From Podarcis erhardii (lineage: Eukaryota), in assembly GCA_964252035.1 (NCBI GenBank), contig OZ176203.1: a stretch of DNA of 64,000 nt. The stretch is one strand, 5' to 3'. The translations under genes were made by a program, and so were the position numbers. The number at the start of each line of letters is the position of its first letter. Position 1 is the first letter of the stretch. Shown here piece by piece: positions 61,701 to 64,000 of this stretch. The notes below the pieces were generated by a model. It had not been told where the DNA came from. It searched no databases and saw nothing but the letters and a program-made list of their open reading frames with translations.

Positions 61701-63919
61701 ATAGAACCATGTAGAACACACAACCTCAATTCTAGTAGTTGCAGGAGATTATTCCATTTTAAATAGTGAATGAGACTATGCATTGACTCTACACAAAAGC
61801 TGCCAGTTGAAGATTCCTTGCTTTACAGTCACCCATGCTGTTTTGGAGAGTTTATGGCCTCATTTGACACTATTATTATGCTGTCACTTTCTTGATGAAG
61901 ATGATTCAAAACTCAGTCTCATGGACTGACATTTCCCCTTTCTATAACATACCTGCAGTATTTCTCTCTCTCTGTTCTAATATTGAAACCTTCTAGCTAC
62001 CATATAACATCTCTTCTGGCTTGTCAGTCCAGCTATAGCTTTATTCATCTTGCAAGCTGAAATGCAATTTCTGTGATCTCTCACTCTCTGGGGCAATCAA
62101 TATCCCATGCCTTCAACATGCCAAGCTTTCTTCCTTCTCTGTGGCTATATAAGCATATCCTCTCATTTATTTCTGTGTCCCAGATTTTCACCAACGACAC
62201 TAGTGCAAAAGATTACACCACCTCCCAACACCCCATCATCCCATTCCTCCTGTTGCCGCCATCCCTGCCAAAGTTCAGCAACAATCTTGTGGGCTGGCTC
62301 TGCAAAAAAGCTTCGACAAATGTTTTTGCCACCCAGGATCTGAAGTCCCATCTAAAGAGGAAGCCTCCATTAGCGTCAGTGAACAACAGAGATATCTTGC
62401 ATCCTCCTTCCTGTCCAGCTCCCAAATTATGGTGTATGAGTGGCAAAAGGCAGGGGGGTACTTAATTAAATTTACAAGTCCCATCCACTAATTCTTGAGT
62501 CTTCAATGCCCACTCCTCTTTTTTCCCCCTGGTGACTGCCACCCAACCCTATTCCTTCTTCTCTCCCCCCTCACTTTCTTGGTTTTTTAATCTTTCTTGT
62601 ATTGCTGCTGCTAGTGCTGGCATTTCCCCCAGATGTTCCTCCACTTCCTCTCTGCCTTGCTCTGAGAAAGGGCCGGGGGGGGGGGTGTCCTTCCTCAGAA
62701 TAAAGCATTCCATGTAAGGTGACTGGGAGAATGCCCATACTTCCACTGCAGTGGCTTGAAATCCTGTTAAAACTAACCTTCAAAGTTGTCTTAAAGCCAG
62801 CATGCACCAAGATAGACAAGGCAAGTAGTGAGGGAGGAGTGTGTAGGCCTAGTGCTTGTTCTTGGCTGTGCTCTGATGCCGTGTTAGTTGGGACAGCGCA
62901 AAATAAGATGCCAGTAGCAGCTGTGGGCACAGCAGGTGCACATGTGCCACTTTATGCTTTCCTACTCCTGTTCCAAATGAGTACAGTGCCACTCCTGTCC
63001 CTTCCCCTTGTCCCAGCCCCAATCCACCATTGGAAGAATAGCTAAATATTAATGCAAATATGATTACTATTTTTGATTCATGGCTAGACTGGTTTAATCA
63101 CATAAAGCTTTTAGCACACTTAGCAGTTGCACTGCCCACATTAAGTTTTCTATGCACACTCTTTCAAGATCTCAAGGACAGTTTTTGTCATCTGCTAGAA
63201 GGAACGTCTCGGGCCAAACAGGAAAAGTTTCATAGCTTCTTCAGCCAGGATGGCTCAGTGGCCAGACTCAGTAGGTAGGGCTGGTCAAGACCCAGAAAAC
63301 ACTTCACTGCCCAGAAATATGCTTTAACCTGTATGGATCCTGACATAGGTGAATTTTCCTGGGGTGATTTTGGAAGGAAGCTCAGGAAACCTTTCTGAGA
63401 GAGTATTCCACAACTGCAGCAGCAGCACTGCCACTGCCTACCTGCTTCAGCTTGGTAGAAAGCCCTCCATTGAGGATCTTAATATACCAGTCAGTACATA
63501 CTGGGAAAGGCTGGCCTTCAAACACCCTGTTCCAAAGCTGCAATGGGCTTAAAAGATAAAAACCATGTATCCACGCTTGCTGTAGATGGGAAGGGCTGCC
63601 CTGTGGGCGGGGGAGGGCTATGGATTTCTTTATGTGAATTTTCACAGAGATCCACCTGTGCCTTCTTAACACATTTTATAATGGAAACCTTGCAAATAAA
63701 TAATAAATGCCAATATTTAATAAAACAAAAATTGGGGGGGGGAATTGTGTGTGTGGATATATATACATACATATATGGCTGAATTTGCATATTCAGCCTG
63801 TTGCTAACTTTCCTTTTAAATAATAGCTGCAGGTGGCCATCCCATTTTTAATAATACAGTAGACCTGCAACTTTCACGCATTTAACTTGGGCTCATTCAT
63901 CTTTATGCACTTGGCAATT

Positions 63920-63942
63920 ATTACTATTATTATTATTATTAT
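63920..63942. repeat. (TTA)n microsatellite
   Basis: Read directly. Confidence 0.9.
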
Positions 63943-64000
63943 TTTTAAAAGGGCGGAACATGGGCCGACATCAGGGGTGATTTTAAATGGTGTTTCTTAA

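Overview
Vertebrate nuclear DNA, most likely a lacertid-type squamate (lizard); this is inferred from the repeat families I recognise, not proven. The window is AT-rich, repeat-dense and intronic or intergenic, with two assembly gaps (13310-13469, 31172-31454). I cannot identify any host protein-coding gene, rRNA, tRNA or CRISPR array. The only long real coding sequence is a nearly complete but disrupted L2-clade LINE ORF2 (APE endonuclease + reverse transcriptase, 34187-37128). The apparent CpG island at 14.4-15.8 kb is a 1308-bp non-autonomous hAT transposon with TIRs and a perfect 8-bp TSD. Other content: CR1, L2 and RTE fragments, a tRNA-derived SINE, many TA-target and 8-bp-target MITEs, and Penelope-like remnants. 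Most notable: minimal hammerhead ribozyme motifs in the Penelope-like remnants (one in a perfect 92-bp palindrome), a 113-bp tandem array with a predicted pseudoknot at the L2 5' end, the GC-rich cargo-like hAT interior, and a CR1 > hAT > (LTR?) > SINE nest. These are mostly instances or variants of known mobile-element biology; I found no firm evidence of a wholly new system.
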